This document shows positions 1 through 12,290 of a DNA stretch of 64,000 nucleotides, piece by piece (position 1 is the stretch's first letter; each line of letters starts with the position of its first letter). The position numbers were made by a program, and so were the translations under genes. The stretch is from Lepidodermella squamata (lineage: Eukaryota; Animalia; Gastrotricha), in contig JBLDXI010000004.1 in assembly GCA_047495785.1 (NCBI GenBank), forward strand, positions 744,001 through 808,000, read 5' to 3'. The notes beneath the pieces were generated by a model. That model was not told the DNA's origin, ran no database searches, and saw only the letters and a list, made by a program, of their open reading frames with translations.

Positions 1-210
1 GGATTCTTAACCGCAATTTAAGCCGGTTATCAGTCGAATATTATTGGACGCGAGCGAAGCGAGCTTCAGCTGACGCTATTTTGTAAGATTTTTTCTTGGG
101 ATTATGCCAAAAATGAACCAAATATTCTCAATTTAAGAGGTTTATGAAAATCATCAGGCGACCCCCGCGACCCCCGGCTGAGTCGGCGACCCCCAGTTTG
201 AGAAACCCTG
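1..210. mobile_element. Right end of a hAT (Charlie-like) non-autonomous element, truncated by the window start
   Basis: Ends ...CCCCAGTTTGAGAAACCCTG (210), resembling the CAG(T/G)GGTT(T/C)CTCAAAC-type hAT terminus, with CGACCCCC subterminal repeats. The left end and TSD are outside the window. Confidence 0.5.
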
Positions 211-238
211 GGTTATCCCCAAACTCGTCCAGACCAAT

Positions 239-371
239 TGTGCGAAGTAGGATCCGGGAGCTTGTTTTCTATCACCGAGCCGAAAAAAACCAAAGGGTCT
301 CTCGTGTGGTTTTTCAGCCTTCCTCTTGCTGAAGTCCCGGACACCCCAGCAACCCTGTACTTTGTACCCTG
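239..371. repeat. ~130-bp MITE-like repeat, copy 1
   Basis: TGTGCGAAGTAGGATCCGGGAGCT...GTCCCGGA...CCTGTACTT..ACCCTG, with imperfect inverted ends. A second copy lies at ~11515-11638. Confidence 0.5.
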
Positions 372-595
372 ACCAGACAAGACAACGAAATGAGAAATCT
401 AATCTCAGGGGTTTTGAACCGTGTATTAAGGGAAAATCTTTTACATTTTCTTCCTTCGCCAGGTTTTCAGTCGAATTTTGGCAAAATCAGGAAAAAATAT
501 TTCTTAGCAGCGCCGGGATCCATGATCGTACCCTGGAAATCCTTGAAAACATTGATCTAGTTTCCACGAGGGCGTCTAAATTTAATTTGATGTAG

Positions 596-988
596 GGTCC
601 GAATGCATTCAAGGTTGTGTCAAACTTCGAAGTGCCGAATTTCACACAAGACAGAGCGAGAAAGAGGTGTTTACGCGTTGCACCAGACGGGCGATTGGCA
701 ATCATTGCTGACGAGGCAGATCGTCAAGCTGTATACACGTCGATGGTGAGTGAGAATGTTAAAAAAACCTACGTCGGTTTGAGGAAAACAAACGGCCAGT
801 GGTTGTGGGGCGATGGTACCCCGTATGTTGGCATTCCACCATGGGGCTCGGGCAAGCCGGATGGTGCCAAGTTGGGCTATTGTGTTGGCCTGGCGGCTAT
901 CGAATCAGGCTCATTGGTGTTGACGGACGGCTCTTGCGATGAGCCATCTGCCGAGGCAGCAGTCTGCGAGTCGAATATGATTCCCTAG
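596..988 (+). CDS. Terminal exon encoding a C-type lectin domain; upstream exons not in window
   Basis: Acceptor tgtag|GGT at 595/596 is in frame with ORF 617-988. CTL motifs: C...LAII, YVGL, WLWGDG, PPW, CVGL, DGSC, VCE. Confidence 0.8.
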   Translation, partial: GPNAFKVVSNFEVPNFTQDRARKRCLRVAPDGRLAIIADEADRQAVYTSMVSENVKKTYVGLRKTNGQWLWGDGTPYVGIPPWGSGKPDGAKLGYCVGLAAIESGSLVLTDGSCDEPSAEAAVCESNMIP

Positions 989-1569
989 TGACCACAGTGA
1001 CGCCTGGTGAAAACAAGAAATGAAAAGTAGCCGCTAATGTGTGACAGATGAGACTTGAGCTTATGTTTGCGACTGGTATGCCTGGTGCCTGGCTACGCCA
1101 ATAAAGAAATGTAAAGAGCTTATTGCGTTGAAATTGTATTTTCGTCTGATATTAAAATCTCTCAGAGAGCGAAGTGCCGCATGGGATGTTAGAAATCATG
1201 TTGTCGAATCTGCGCGAATGATGAAATCCCGAAGAATTTTCGATTTCACGGAACAAAATTCGCAAGTTATGACTCTTTTCAAGGATAACGATTCTCTTCC
1301 ATTGTTGCTCTCCACCAGTTCTGCTCAGGTTTTCGCATATTCACAAGCTTCAAAAACATACCTAATTTTTTTATTCACATACTTTTTTTGCGGAAAGAGA
1401 GCGGAGACAGGGAGAAAATAAGTTTTAAAGATTTGGTTGCTTTTGCTGTTGAACTTAACCGACTTCATAACTGAGCACCATCAGCTTTATTGTGATGAAT
1501 TTGAGATGAATCGTATTTGCCTTCACATTTTCTTGGCAAGACTCATCGAACAATTTTTTATGGTTGTAA

Positions 1570-2065
1570 TCGGAGCAGGGGATATTTTCAAGGTGCGGTA
1601 TATTAATGATCCATCACAAATTTCCCAGAAAAAGGCTAAATAGTGCCAACGCCGCTGTTGTTTTATTTTTTATTGGACCGAAATATGATGAAGGGAGGAT
1701 AAGCAAAGCTTATTTTTGTGTAAATTCAAGTAATATACGATCGGACCACGTTATCAGCCATAAATCAGTAATACTGGACGAATATTTGAAAATGAATGGT
1801 CTGGACCCTGACCACAGCCTCTCCCACTTCGCCCTTCCTGCCTTTATTGGGGTAACACTTATAATTTATAATATTATGCCCAGCCCAAGTTGAGCAACAG
1901 ACTTATGGGGTGGTTATTAAGATTTTGTTATTTTTTTACTCGCGCTCCGAGTGACGGGGTAGTAGTTAGAGGTGCGGTATATTTATGATAAAACGGAAAG
2001 TTTTGTAGGGTTGTATTCGGGGTGGGGGATATTATCGAGGTGCGGTATATTTTCGAGAAATGCGG
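1570..2065. mobile_element. Tc1/mariner (Tc2/pogo-like) MITE remnant
   Basis: Three GGTGCGGTATATT repeats (~1591, ~1970, ~2039) and a terminus ...TTCGAGAAATGCGG followed by TA. No left end identified. Confidence 0.35.
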
Positions 2066-2368
2066 TAAATTCGCTCCATCAACCCATCTTTCGGTCCGCA
2101 TAAGTCAGCCACATGAACGTTGAAAAAATAATTCAGAAATCAGGAAAAAGCGTTGGTAATTGCCATTTTAACAAGCTAATCCCAAGTCCCCACCGTTGCG
2201 TGTTATGTGTTATGTGCTGTTTTATCTCTCGCACTTTTTTAACCCTGATATTTTATTTCCAATATTACGTGTTCTCCATCAAAATGTTATCACCGTAGAA
2301 GACTCTAGGACTTAATTTCTTCCTTACAAGGGCGACTATTCAATACACTCTCTATCGGAGCGGTATTT

Positions 2369-4186
2369 TCATTTTTGACATAGATAGCCCTCTGCAGAGG
2401 ACGCGTCGCAAGAGCCATCCTTCAGTTTAAGCGAACCAGACTCAATCGTCGCTAGGCCAACGCAATAGCCCAGCTGTTCACTATTCGGCATGCCTGCAGC
2501 CCAAGGCGGAATACCAGCGTAAACACTCCCATCGCCCCACAGCCACGTGCCATTCACTTTTGAAAGGTCAATGTACACCCAAGAATGATGCGATTTTGCA
2601 ATAGCCGCGTATGCAGCTTGAACTTCAGCCTGACTTTTGATTGTGGCCAATCGAGCGGTTGGAGACCAACTCCAGGTTTTCGCGTTGCTTTGCAGAATAG
2701 GACCTTCTCTAGATTGCACATCGAAACCTCGGAAAATTTAAGTAGATGACTTCTACCAAAATTCAAGGAGCTCACAGCGGTTGTAATGTCTGTAAGGCAG
2801 TAGCCATGATTTTCTTGAAATATCGACCCGTTTGAATAAATTTTCGCCTACACTGGGATAACGCAAAATGAAGAATTTAGCGAACAGATATAAATTACCT
2901 GCGTGAATGATTTCGGGCAAATCGAATAGCAAGATTTGTTTCCAGCCGCGTCAAGGCATTGAACCGCATTCTTTTCAGGACAACATTTTTCAAAAAAGCT
3001 GGCATGAATCTCCGCAAAAGATTTACCCCAATCAAACATTTTTCGCGATTCATGTAGACGCTGGGTGAGTAAAGCTGGGTCTCGTTGTTGGCAAAGCAGC
3101 CGCTGCTTTGAGGTCGACAGCTGTTGAAAATCCCATTCGAGGAATTGAAACAACGGACGTGCTGGGTCTCGCTTGTCGGCACAGTCACTGCGGGTAGCAA
3201 ATTTCGATCATTCGATTTATAGAAGGCTTAAAAATGTCAGATTCATGTACACAGTCGATTCAGTTACCTGAAAAAATTCATGTATCAATCATCGGGAATC
3301 ATGGAAAACAAAAGTAGGCCATCAGTTGGTCATTTGTTACCCAATTGTTCGGGCAAGTGAAATTTTTGGGGACAGTTTTGATATCGCCGTTTAACGAATT
3401 GCAGGGTCTAAGAGGGAGAGCTTAAATATCAAGCAATTTCAATAAATGGCGTTACGCTGAATTCAATCTTGTTCGCCTCGCAAGCGTTGAAGTTGTATTT
3501 GAAGCTCAAAGTTGGCGTTGAAGTTGCGAACAAGAAGAGCTGATAAACATAGGACATTATAGGAAATTAGGCTGCCGTTCAAACTCTTTCGTATTATTAG
3601 TAAGATGAGCTTGTGGTGATTTTTGCTCGCTTTAGCAGAAAAAAATGAAGTACTCACATTCATTTCATCTTGAGGATTACAGCCAATGTTATTTGGCACG
3701 CAGGACGGAGTCAGTGATTCGTATTTCGACATTTCTGTTAATAAAGAAGGAATAACGCAATATAATTTTCACGGGGGTTAATAAAATGTAACCGCACTAT
3801 CCGGAAATCTCACGAAAACATTGCAAGCTTTCGGGGTGATTTTTATTGTTTTTTTAAGGTAACATCTTTTGCGATTGAGAAATTGAGAATTAACAACAGA
3901 AATTCACTTACACCACGATTGCAGCTGCCTTCCCTGAGAAAAACAGGTCCAAGCTGGAGGAAAAGAATTGTTATGAAATTGCCGTCGTCAAATTATTGCT
4001 GAAATTACTTGGAATTGGCGAAGCGGATCACAGGCTTTAGCTGCTTTGACGCAGGACGTGAATTTTTCATTCAACTGCGAGCTGCGAGAAGCATCGCACC
4101 CAGTTCAGCGACTTCGTTTTACTGGAAACTGGGTTGATCAGGACCAGAACGGCCACGTACAGCAAAGCAAAGTGGATGGATTTCAT
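2369..4186 (-). pseudogene. Cys-module/C-type lectin family gene (multi-exon), frameshifted
   Basis: ATG at 4186 (MKSIHFALLYVAVLVLINPVSS signal peptide). A 7-bp tandem duplication (CTCGCAG twice, minus strand, ~4075-4088) shifts the frame just after WVRCFSQ relative to the paralog at 5995. Internal exons (YESLTPSCVPNNIGCN; HVRCFNSSNGIFNSCRPQSSGC) and a CTL exon at 2369-~2735 are present. Confidence 0.8.
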
Positions 4187-4752
4187 ATGAATCAGAATCT
4201 AAAATGACATAGAGCGAAGTAGGACCACAGAATTGAAAGCAAGTTCAATTCTAAAGTCTAGAAAATCACATTGGTATTGGGTGCAACGGCCAAAAATTGT
4301 CACCAATCTAGGCTATTTCTGCTTTGATCTAACAAATTTTCACGTCCTAATTCTCTCAATCGTCCATAGCGTTTCCCACTGCGATGGCCTGATTTACATT
4401 ATAGGTATTGTCCTTTGTTATTCTTTATATTTTTGTGATTAAATTCAAATTTCAAATTGTCACTCGGCACCGAAATTATTGCCTAAGGCATTGTTGTTTT
4501 TTTTTTCGTTTTTGAAAATCACGAATTGGCCGATTGTGCCCGAAGTCAACACACGGTGGTTGTAATGCATAAAAATCACCTAAAAGTCTTGGCCATCTCT
4601 AATTCACTCATTTCGATTTCCTGCTCAATCAAAAACAGCAAATAACATGAAGTCTTGTAAATAGATTCATTACAGGTGTATGTTACAGCTGTTGGTGATC
4701 GCTTTGACGGGAAAATTTTCATAATTTTTTCGTTGAAATTCATTGAATAAGA

Positions 4753-5483
4753 CAGTGGTTCCCAAACTTTTTGTCTCGTACGACACGGCAGTGTCCTATG
4801 AAAATGGCTCGTAGGACACCTGGTAAAATGACTGAAATTTGGTTGGGAATGGCTACAGTTTTTTTAGATAAAAATTGATTGCTTGTTAAAATTTGTTTTT
4901 GATGGCTACCCGGCTACCTAGCTCGAAACTCGAAATTGATAAAATCACAGGTGAAATTTAAAATAACGGCGAGCGAAGCGAGGAAATTTTAAGAATTCGA
5001 CACTGAAAAATGACACATAACATCGTAAAAATTCTTACTAATTTTTACAGAAATTTAGTTCGCTCTTAATTAGGAAATTTCGAATAGTAATGTCATCAGG
5101 TACAATCTGTGACGTGCTTGAATAACAAGGCCAGTTTAAAAAATTAATTCTATCGTTTAATATCGTCTCTTGAAAAGAGATTCGGCCATACTACGCTTAC
5201 GGCCATGCTACGTAGAAAGCACCTGTGCCCGTCCGAACGGAGGTATCCGCCATAAAATAGTTCATAAATAGGCAAATCGCGAGCGAAGCGAGCTTTAGCT
5301 GACGGTTTTTTTCCGTTTTTTAGTCTGAAAATGGTCCAAAATGCCTTGTTTCTTAGTCTGAATCTATTGTTGCCATTTTGTCATTTTGAGGCCCGTAGGA
5401 CACCAGTGTCCTACAGGACACTTGAAAGTTAGCAAAGTACACGAGTGTCCTATAGGACACGGTTTGGGAAACGGTTTGGGCTG
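4753..5483. mobile_element. hAT (Charlie-like) non-autonomous DNA transposon, 731 bp
   Basis: Starts CAGTGGTTCCCAAAC, ends GGTTTGGGAAACGGTTTGGGCTG. Perfect 8-bp TSD GAATAAGA at 4745-4752 and 5484-5491; AGGACAC/GTGTCCT subterminal repeats. Confidence 0.85.
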
Positions 5484-5994
5484 GAATAAGACGATTGTTA
5501 AAAATCAAGGATCAAGGTCATAGGTAAAGTGGCAAAAATTTCCCCTGAGACAACAGTATTCATGATTTTTTGATCTATAATTTATCAAGCAAAAGGATTC
5601 CGAAAATTCAACCTGATTGTTCATCTTCGTTCGGAAGGAATTGTCTCCACTGTTCCAATTCTTTTATTTTCCAAAACGCTTTCAAATCCTGAACTCATTT
5701 GCGCCAATAATTGTCTTGCAATTTTTTTCTATTATTTTGTGATTTTTGCACTTGTGACAATCAGGCCAATGTTCTTATTATCAATGTATTGTCCAAGGCA
5801 TTGTGGACAAAATTTTGATTGCACGCGATCGACCGCCGCGTTTCTCATTAATTGGCTAAGTGTGCTCCAATCTCCAATCAACTGGGTGGTTCGAAAAACC
5901 ACGTAAAAATTGTGGCCATCCTCAAATCATTCATTCAACTTTTCAGCTGATAACAATTTAGTTTTATTTCTTCAAAATAGTGTATTTATTACGG

Positions 5995-7350
5995 ATGTTA
6001 ATCAAGTCTATCACTTTGATTTTGGCGATCGCTTTGATAGACCCAGCCTGTGCTAAAAAGAAGGCTGTTAACTGGGTTCGGTGCTTCTCGCAGTTGAATG
6101 AACAATTCAGCAATTGCATCGAAGCTGCCAAAGCCTGTGATCAACTTCTCGATTATCAGGTGAGTTTAATCTCAACAATTCAGTTTTTATACCGCATTGA
6201 TTTTACTTCACAGTTGGGGTCAATTTTCTTCCGAGTTGGCAGCTGCTATCGCGGCGTAAGACAATTTTCTAGTTCATTTATAATTTAATTTCTCAATTTT
6301 TTCATTCAACAGAATGCCCGAATGTGTTACAAATACGAAGCGCTGACACCGTCTTGCGTACCTGGAAATATTGGCTGTAACTCGCTAGATGAGATGGACG
6401 TTAGTGATTGATAAATATCGTCGGCCCTGGTTGAACGCGTTGTTTCATTTACGCTTGTAATTTCAGCTCTTTTGGTTCGGAGATCAATCGGCGACCTTAA
6501 CTTTCAAATTCAACTTCAACGCTTGCGTGGCTAAAAAAGCTGCCTTCAACGTAACTAATATCCAACTAAGATTCGATGCATATCAAATTTAACTTTCTAT
6601 TCCAGAATCTACCATTCCGGCGCTGCACTTCCAACAACGTCACGAAAACGCGTGTTCCCAATCCTATCAACTGCCCCAACAACTGGGTGAGTTTTTTCTA
6701 ATTTGTCTAATTTTCTAATTTTTTTAAATGTTATTGCTGCTTTTAACAGGTGACTGAACCCACTGTATACCCGAACATGGCTTTGTGCACCAACGGAGAA
6801 GGTAAGCCTTGATTACGTCTAAATCCAGCCACCTCACTAAGCTGCTGGAAAGCCCTAAACTAAATTAATAATCTGTACTTGAATATCGGCGTAAATTCAG
6901 CATTTATTTCTTGCTCCTAGTCACTGTCCCGATCACCGAGACTCCGCACATCCGCTGTTTCGATGCTACGACTGACCAATTCAACGATTGCCGACCCCAG
7001 AGCAGCGGCTGTTTCAGCAACAACGAGACGCAGAAATACTCGACAAGCGTTTACAACAACCGAGAAAACTGTCTCGTTGGGGTGAGGCACTTTTGTTGTT
7101 TCTATTTCTCCATGCAAATAACTTTGATCTACTGACAGAAAGCGATTCGATGCTTGGTTTCTGCTGGGAACAAGTCTTGCTGCGTGTTTTGCCCGCGATC
7201 CTTCACTCAGGTTTGTTTTCGGGATGTCCGACAGAGTCTGTACATTTTTCTTCATTAGGACATTTTTCAACTCATTAGGAAACGCTTTATTCGGGCAGTC
7301 AAAGCTTCCAAGTCAACCATGACGCTTGTCGAGCTGCCTTGGCACCGCCA
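5995..7350 (+). pseudogene. Cys-module/CTL family gene, 5' exons only; no CTL exon found downstream of the 3.9-kb insertion
   Basis: ATG 5995 (MLIKSITLILAIALIDPACAKK); exon 1 ends CAG|gtgagt at 6159. Successive exons are paralogous to the minus-strand gene at 2369-4186. The last exon seen ends at 7350 (CCA|gtgagt), 42 bp before the insertion. Confidence 0.7.
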
Positions 7351-7392
7351 GTGAGTTCAGAAAAAAATATTTACGATCAACTCATCAATATA

Positions 7393-10300
7393 TCGATGAT
7401 TTTGCGCTAAAGGAAACCAGCGAGAAAAAACCTCTATACAGAGTACTGCGCACTATAAACAGTACTACGCACTATAAACAGTACTACGCGCGCGCATAAT
7501 ACTATGAAATATACTTATAGCCCGCATTCTGTGTGAAAAATAATGAATGCACTGGACAAATGACCAACAAATATACTGAGCTTTTTGTGGATGTTTCCAT
7601 GAAATTTTCGGATTACCTGGTGGAGAACAGTCGAACGTATCCAGAAATTGATAAAAATGCATGTGTAACCGTGGGTTTTCTGCCGTTAGGCGACCTTATA
7701 GCGATCCGAAAGCGCAAAAACCTTGGAAAAATGCACCCACTGGCGTTTTTGGCGGCGCTTCTTCAAGAAACAGAATGGGTTCAACCACAGTTTTTTCACA
7801 TTCCCTAGCAGAGCACATGGAGAGCCTATTAGCGAAGTAAGAAATAGCCAGTTAATATGGTTGTCATCCACGGCTTTGAAGTCTTTTCCTTCCCGGCTTG
7901 CAAAACGAGGAAAAAGTGAAAATGGTGTGTTTTTAGCCTGTCTTATCTCGAAAAAACCCATGGTTGCACCGTAGCTTTTTGTAGTCAAATAGGAGAAGGC
8001 ACTGGGAGGAAGGTTTTGACAGGGAAAGCAGCAAGAACCACCCCAACTTATCCAAGACTTTTTTGTTCCGATTAGCACTCACTACGTCAGACCCAACACC
8101 TCGAAACTGCATGGCATGGCGTCTTTTGGGGCATTGCTGCAAGAAACAGATTGGTTTCAACCACAGTTATTTCGCGTTCTCTAGTAGAGCACAACAAGAT
8201 CTTACTAAGGAAGTAAGAAATTGCCAGTAAATGCGGTTTTTATCCACAGTTTAAAAGCCTTTACCCTCCACATCCGATTCAAGTTCGAATCGAAGAGAAA
8301 GTGAGCATTTTTCATCTTTCATGGCACTTATCTTGAAAAAACCCATGGCTGCACCATAAGTTTTTGTATTCAAAAAGGAGAGGAGATTGAGAAGAAGGTT
8401 TTAAAAGAGAAAACAGCAAGAACCACGTCAACTTATCCACGAATTTTTCGACCTGATGGGCAATCACATTTCAAGCTCAAAATCGAGTTTCAAAATTGGG
8501 CTGTTCCGAGACCTTATACAGCAGAGCCCTTATTTCACTTGTAACAAGTTGAAGGAAGCGCATACTTCTTATAAAATAGCAAATATGCGGGTGCTACCAC
8601 GATTTGCTATCCATTCGGTCCCAGACCGCGGTAACAAGATGGTTGAGGTAAGGAGTCATCCGATTTTAGTCCGATTTCAGTTGCTCGTTTCCGTTTAGCT
8701 GCTTAGTAAAGATGCGTTCCCCATCATAGTTATCCACACCCGTTTTAACTTGCATCGTATCCAAGACATTTTGGTGGTAAAACCATTAGTCGGAAAAGTA
8801 TCACTGTAGTGGCCTACAATGGCCCTCTGATTCATTGAAGCGGCCTCTGTTGGCCCTTGGGCTGGATCCTGCAGCGGCATGCACGGCCGTACTAATAACC
8901 ACTGGCAACTTTTCTCGCTTTCGAGTTGCAGCCATGGTTTGGCTGAACGATTTAGTTCTCTAAAACCTTCCATCCACCGAGCTTAACTAAATTACCCAAA
9001 TGAGTCTTTTGATGGTAGACCTTACTACTGTTCAAGCGACAACGGCAGTCTCCCCGTGGCGGTAGCGGGCAACGTAATTCACGGCAAATGTTGGGTCGGG
9101 TCGCGTACGCCCTGCTGTCGTTGAAAGTGACTCTCGGCGAGTGTAAAACGATCGTCTAGGAAAGCCTCCACGCGTTAGCTAACTAGCTACCAGCAAATTG
9201 GGAGACTTGGTCTTGGTTTAAAAGTGACGAGTGACCGTCATCTCCTGCCTTGGCGGGGCCCCAGTGCTTTACATGTTCACAACATCGAACTACAAGGAGA
9301 TGGATGTGGAGGTATCGGGCTACGGGAGTCTCCCCTCTGGTCCTAACCAAAAGCAACCTACCCAACTTACATACAACCAGCTGCCCCCAGATTATGCTTC
9401 CCATTCTAAAGGCACACGCAAGCTACTTTGCTCTTTGAACATGAAGCTAAAAATTTGACGGTGGGCGGCGCCAACAATAGAACGCGATTGACGCAGTTGA
9501 AAATGACGGATCAAGGTTTTTCCGCGGTTTGGAAAGTGCACCGTTGAGTGAAATGACTCAAAAGCAAGAATTTTTGCCATATTAGATGGCACTCTATCAC
9601 GTTTTAGCGCCAACGGGGAAAAGTTATCCCGATCCCTAGGCAGTCCAGCAGCGCAACTCGACAAAGAGGCCAGTTGTCGGTGGTGCGGTGGCGCATGTTG
9701 TAGGCACTCATGCTGTTGCAAGATCAAGGCCAAGACCAAGGGCCAACCGCGGCCGCAACAATGAATCAAACTGCCATTGTGGGCATTTTAGTAAATCTTG
9801 TCCGCGTTCTTGATACAAAGTGAAGACTACCATAGTGCCAAAATGGTACCTTTACCACTCCTACTAAATCAAAGGGAAGCCAACTTACTTACATCTCACA
9901 AAGAGCATTCCGCAGGAGTAGTTAGCAAAATCTACTGGTTTTACCACCGTATTTTCTTTAAGTTGATGCAAGCGAGCATGAGAGTCAAGAAGGATAATCG
10001 GAAACCGATCTGTACTACGCTAGTCCACAGATACCAGGGATTTAAATGGTATGGGTCCGCATCTCGAGCGTCTTGTTGCCGCGGTCAGGACAACGGTTCA
10101 GGGCGGAATGCATACCCCAATTCATGGTATCACCGGCATATTAGTTATCCTTTTAGAAGAAGGCACTCTTATCAACTTGTGAGACTTGGAATAAAGTCTC
10201 CGCGTTGTGCGGTTTCAGAATAGAACGGCTCCGAATCTCGATTTTGTGCTTGAAATGCCATTGCTAAACATTACGAAAAAGTCGTGGATAAGTTGTGGTG

Positions 10301-11350
10301 GTTTTTGATTTTTTCCCTTTTAAAACCTTCTTCTCAATTGCCTCCCCCATTTGACTACGAAAAATTACGGTGCTGCCATGGTTTTTTTCGAGATGAGTGC
10401 GATGAAAGATCCTAAATGCTCACTTTTCCTTCGATTCAGACTTGATTCGGAAGTGGAGGGAAAAGACTGAAAAGCAGTGGATAAACACTACATTTACTGG
10501 CAATTTCTTACTTCCTTAGTAAGATCTTGTTGTGCTCTACTAGGGAATTTGACAAAACTGTAGTTGAACCCATTCCGTTTCTTGCAGCAGTTCTCCAAAA
10601 GACGCAAGGTCATGCATTTTCGAGATGTTGGGTAGGACGAAGTGAGTGCTAATCACGACGAAAAAGTCGTGGATAAGCTGTGGGGATCCTTGCTGCTTTT
10701 CCTGTCAAAGCCTTCCTCCCAGCGCCGTCTCCAATTTGACAACAAAAAGCTATGGTGCAACCATGGGTTTTTTCGAGATAAGGGCGACTGAAAACACCAA
10801 ATTTTCACTTTCTCACTGATTTGCAAGCCGGGAGGGAAACGACTGAAAAGCCGTGGATAACCACCATATTAACTAGCTATTTCTTGGTTCCCCACAAAGC
10901 CTTTATGTGCTCTACTAGGGAATGTGACAAACCTGTGGTTGAACCCATTCTGCTTATGGAAGAAGCGCCGCCAAAAACGCCAGTGGGTGCATTTTTCCAA
11001 GGTTTTTGCGCTTTCGGATCGCTATAAGGTCGCCTAACGGCAGAAAACCCACGGTTACACATGCATTTTTATCAATTTCTGGATACGTTCGACTGTTCTC
11101 CACCAGGTAATCCGAAAATTTCATGGAAACATCCACAAAAAGCTCAGTATTGTTGGTCAATTGTCCAGTGCATTCATTTTTTCCACGAAATTGCGGGCCA
11201 AGTATATTTCATAGTATTATGCGCGCGCGTAGTACTTTTTATAGTGCGCAGTACTCCAAATACGCGCTAGTAGCCCTGCGTACTTTTATGTATGCTGCAG
11301 AGTTTTTTGAGCGTGTATGCGATCGGTCTGTTATAGCGTAAAACCATCGA
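7393..11350. mobile_element. 3.96-kb foldback-like non-autonomous TIR element, copy 1
   Basis: Termini TCGATGATTTTGCGCTA / TAGCGTAAAACCATCGA (15/17 inverted), flanked by TA (or ATAT). Long inverted arms (~7440-8850 vs ~9780-11255). Near-identical inverted copy at 25724-29645. Confidence 0.92.
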
Positions 11351-11514
11351 TATGGGAAAACATACTCTTTTTTTTTCTGTTCTATACGGAAAATATTTGC
11401 ACGTTGTGGGACTAAAAGTATTCCAAACTAATCACCCAATTCAAAGCATTCAGTACTGATTTTGCACAAATTGAATTCTACCAAGAATTCACGACCTTGT
11501 CGTGCTCTTTGAAT

Positions 11515-11638
11515 AGTGTGCGAAGTAGGATCCGGGAGCTGAGGTTCTATTTGTTTTCTTGGACCCAACTGAAGAAACCAAAGGGTTTTTTGAGTATCTC
11601 TCAAGTTTTAGTCCCGGATTCCTGTACTTCGCACCCTG
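11515..11638. repeat. ~125-bp MITE-like repeat, copy 2
   Basis: Same GTGCGAAGTAGGATCCGGGAGCT start as 239-371 and inverted end GTCCCGGATTCCTGTACTTCGCACCCTG. Confidence 0.55.
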
Positions 11639-11719
11639 TCTTTGAATATGACGAGGAAATTTTGAGAAGGCTCCGAGTTGTATTTTTAGGAAACATTTCA
11701 GATGAGCGTCATTTTATGT

Positions 11720-12290
11720 GTTAAATAGGGATTTTTTCCAATTTTTCGACAATTTTTCGAACAATTACTCGCTTCGCTCGCAGATGTCACTTTCAAGTCT
11801 GTCAATCCTTTTCGATTGGAACTCGACAATTTATATGATACTTGACTTTTTAGCAATACTTGAGTAGTAACCCTGGTCTCTTGTATAATATTAGATTCTA
11901 GGTAGAATTAAATCAGGAATATGATATCATACGTGAGCAAATTCATAGTTCATAAATTCTTCAAGCTGTTTTTTGCGTCTATGTCAGTTGCATCATTTGG
12001 GTTTTCATGGACCTTTTTGTAGGCCGCAATATTTTCTCGCTTTACTCGCATAATTACATGCTAGACATTGCACTGTCACTTCCGAGCAAATTAACCCTCG
12101 AAACCCTAATTTAATAACCAACCATCCGCTTAAATGTGCACTCGAAAACTTAATCTCTCGATCATAGAGGCGTGCGGCCAGGAAGGTCCTATTTTATCAT
12201 TACCAGCGGCCGGTTGAGGGTTCAAGAGGCAATGCGGCCTGAAAGGTTGCCAGCCGGACCGGGATCGAAAATAGTTTGAGAACAACTATG
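11720..12290. mobile_element. Degenerate hAT-like element remnant
   Basis: Ends GTTTGAGAACAACT after GCGGCC repeats; contains CTCGCTTCGCTCGC. Left end and TSD not identified. Confidence 0.3.

Noticed and set aside
7864-10860. Bacterial oriC or contamination suggested by DnaA-box-like TTATCCAC(A) motifs
   Set aside because: The motifs lie inside a mobile repeat flanked by spliceosomal-intron genes, with no bacterial genes or DUE context.
7465-11341. Many short ORFs in the arms of the 3.9-kb element (e.g. MTNNTELFVDVS..., MHFYQFLDTF...) recurring four times
   Set aside because: The recurrence is explained by the inverted arms and two copies. They overlap in all frames, lack motifs and are disrupted differently between copies.
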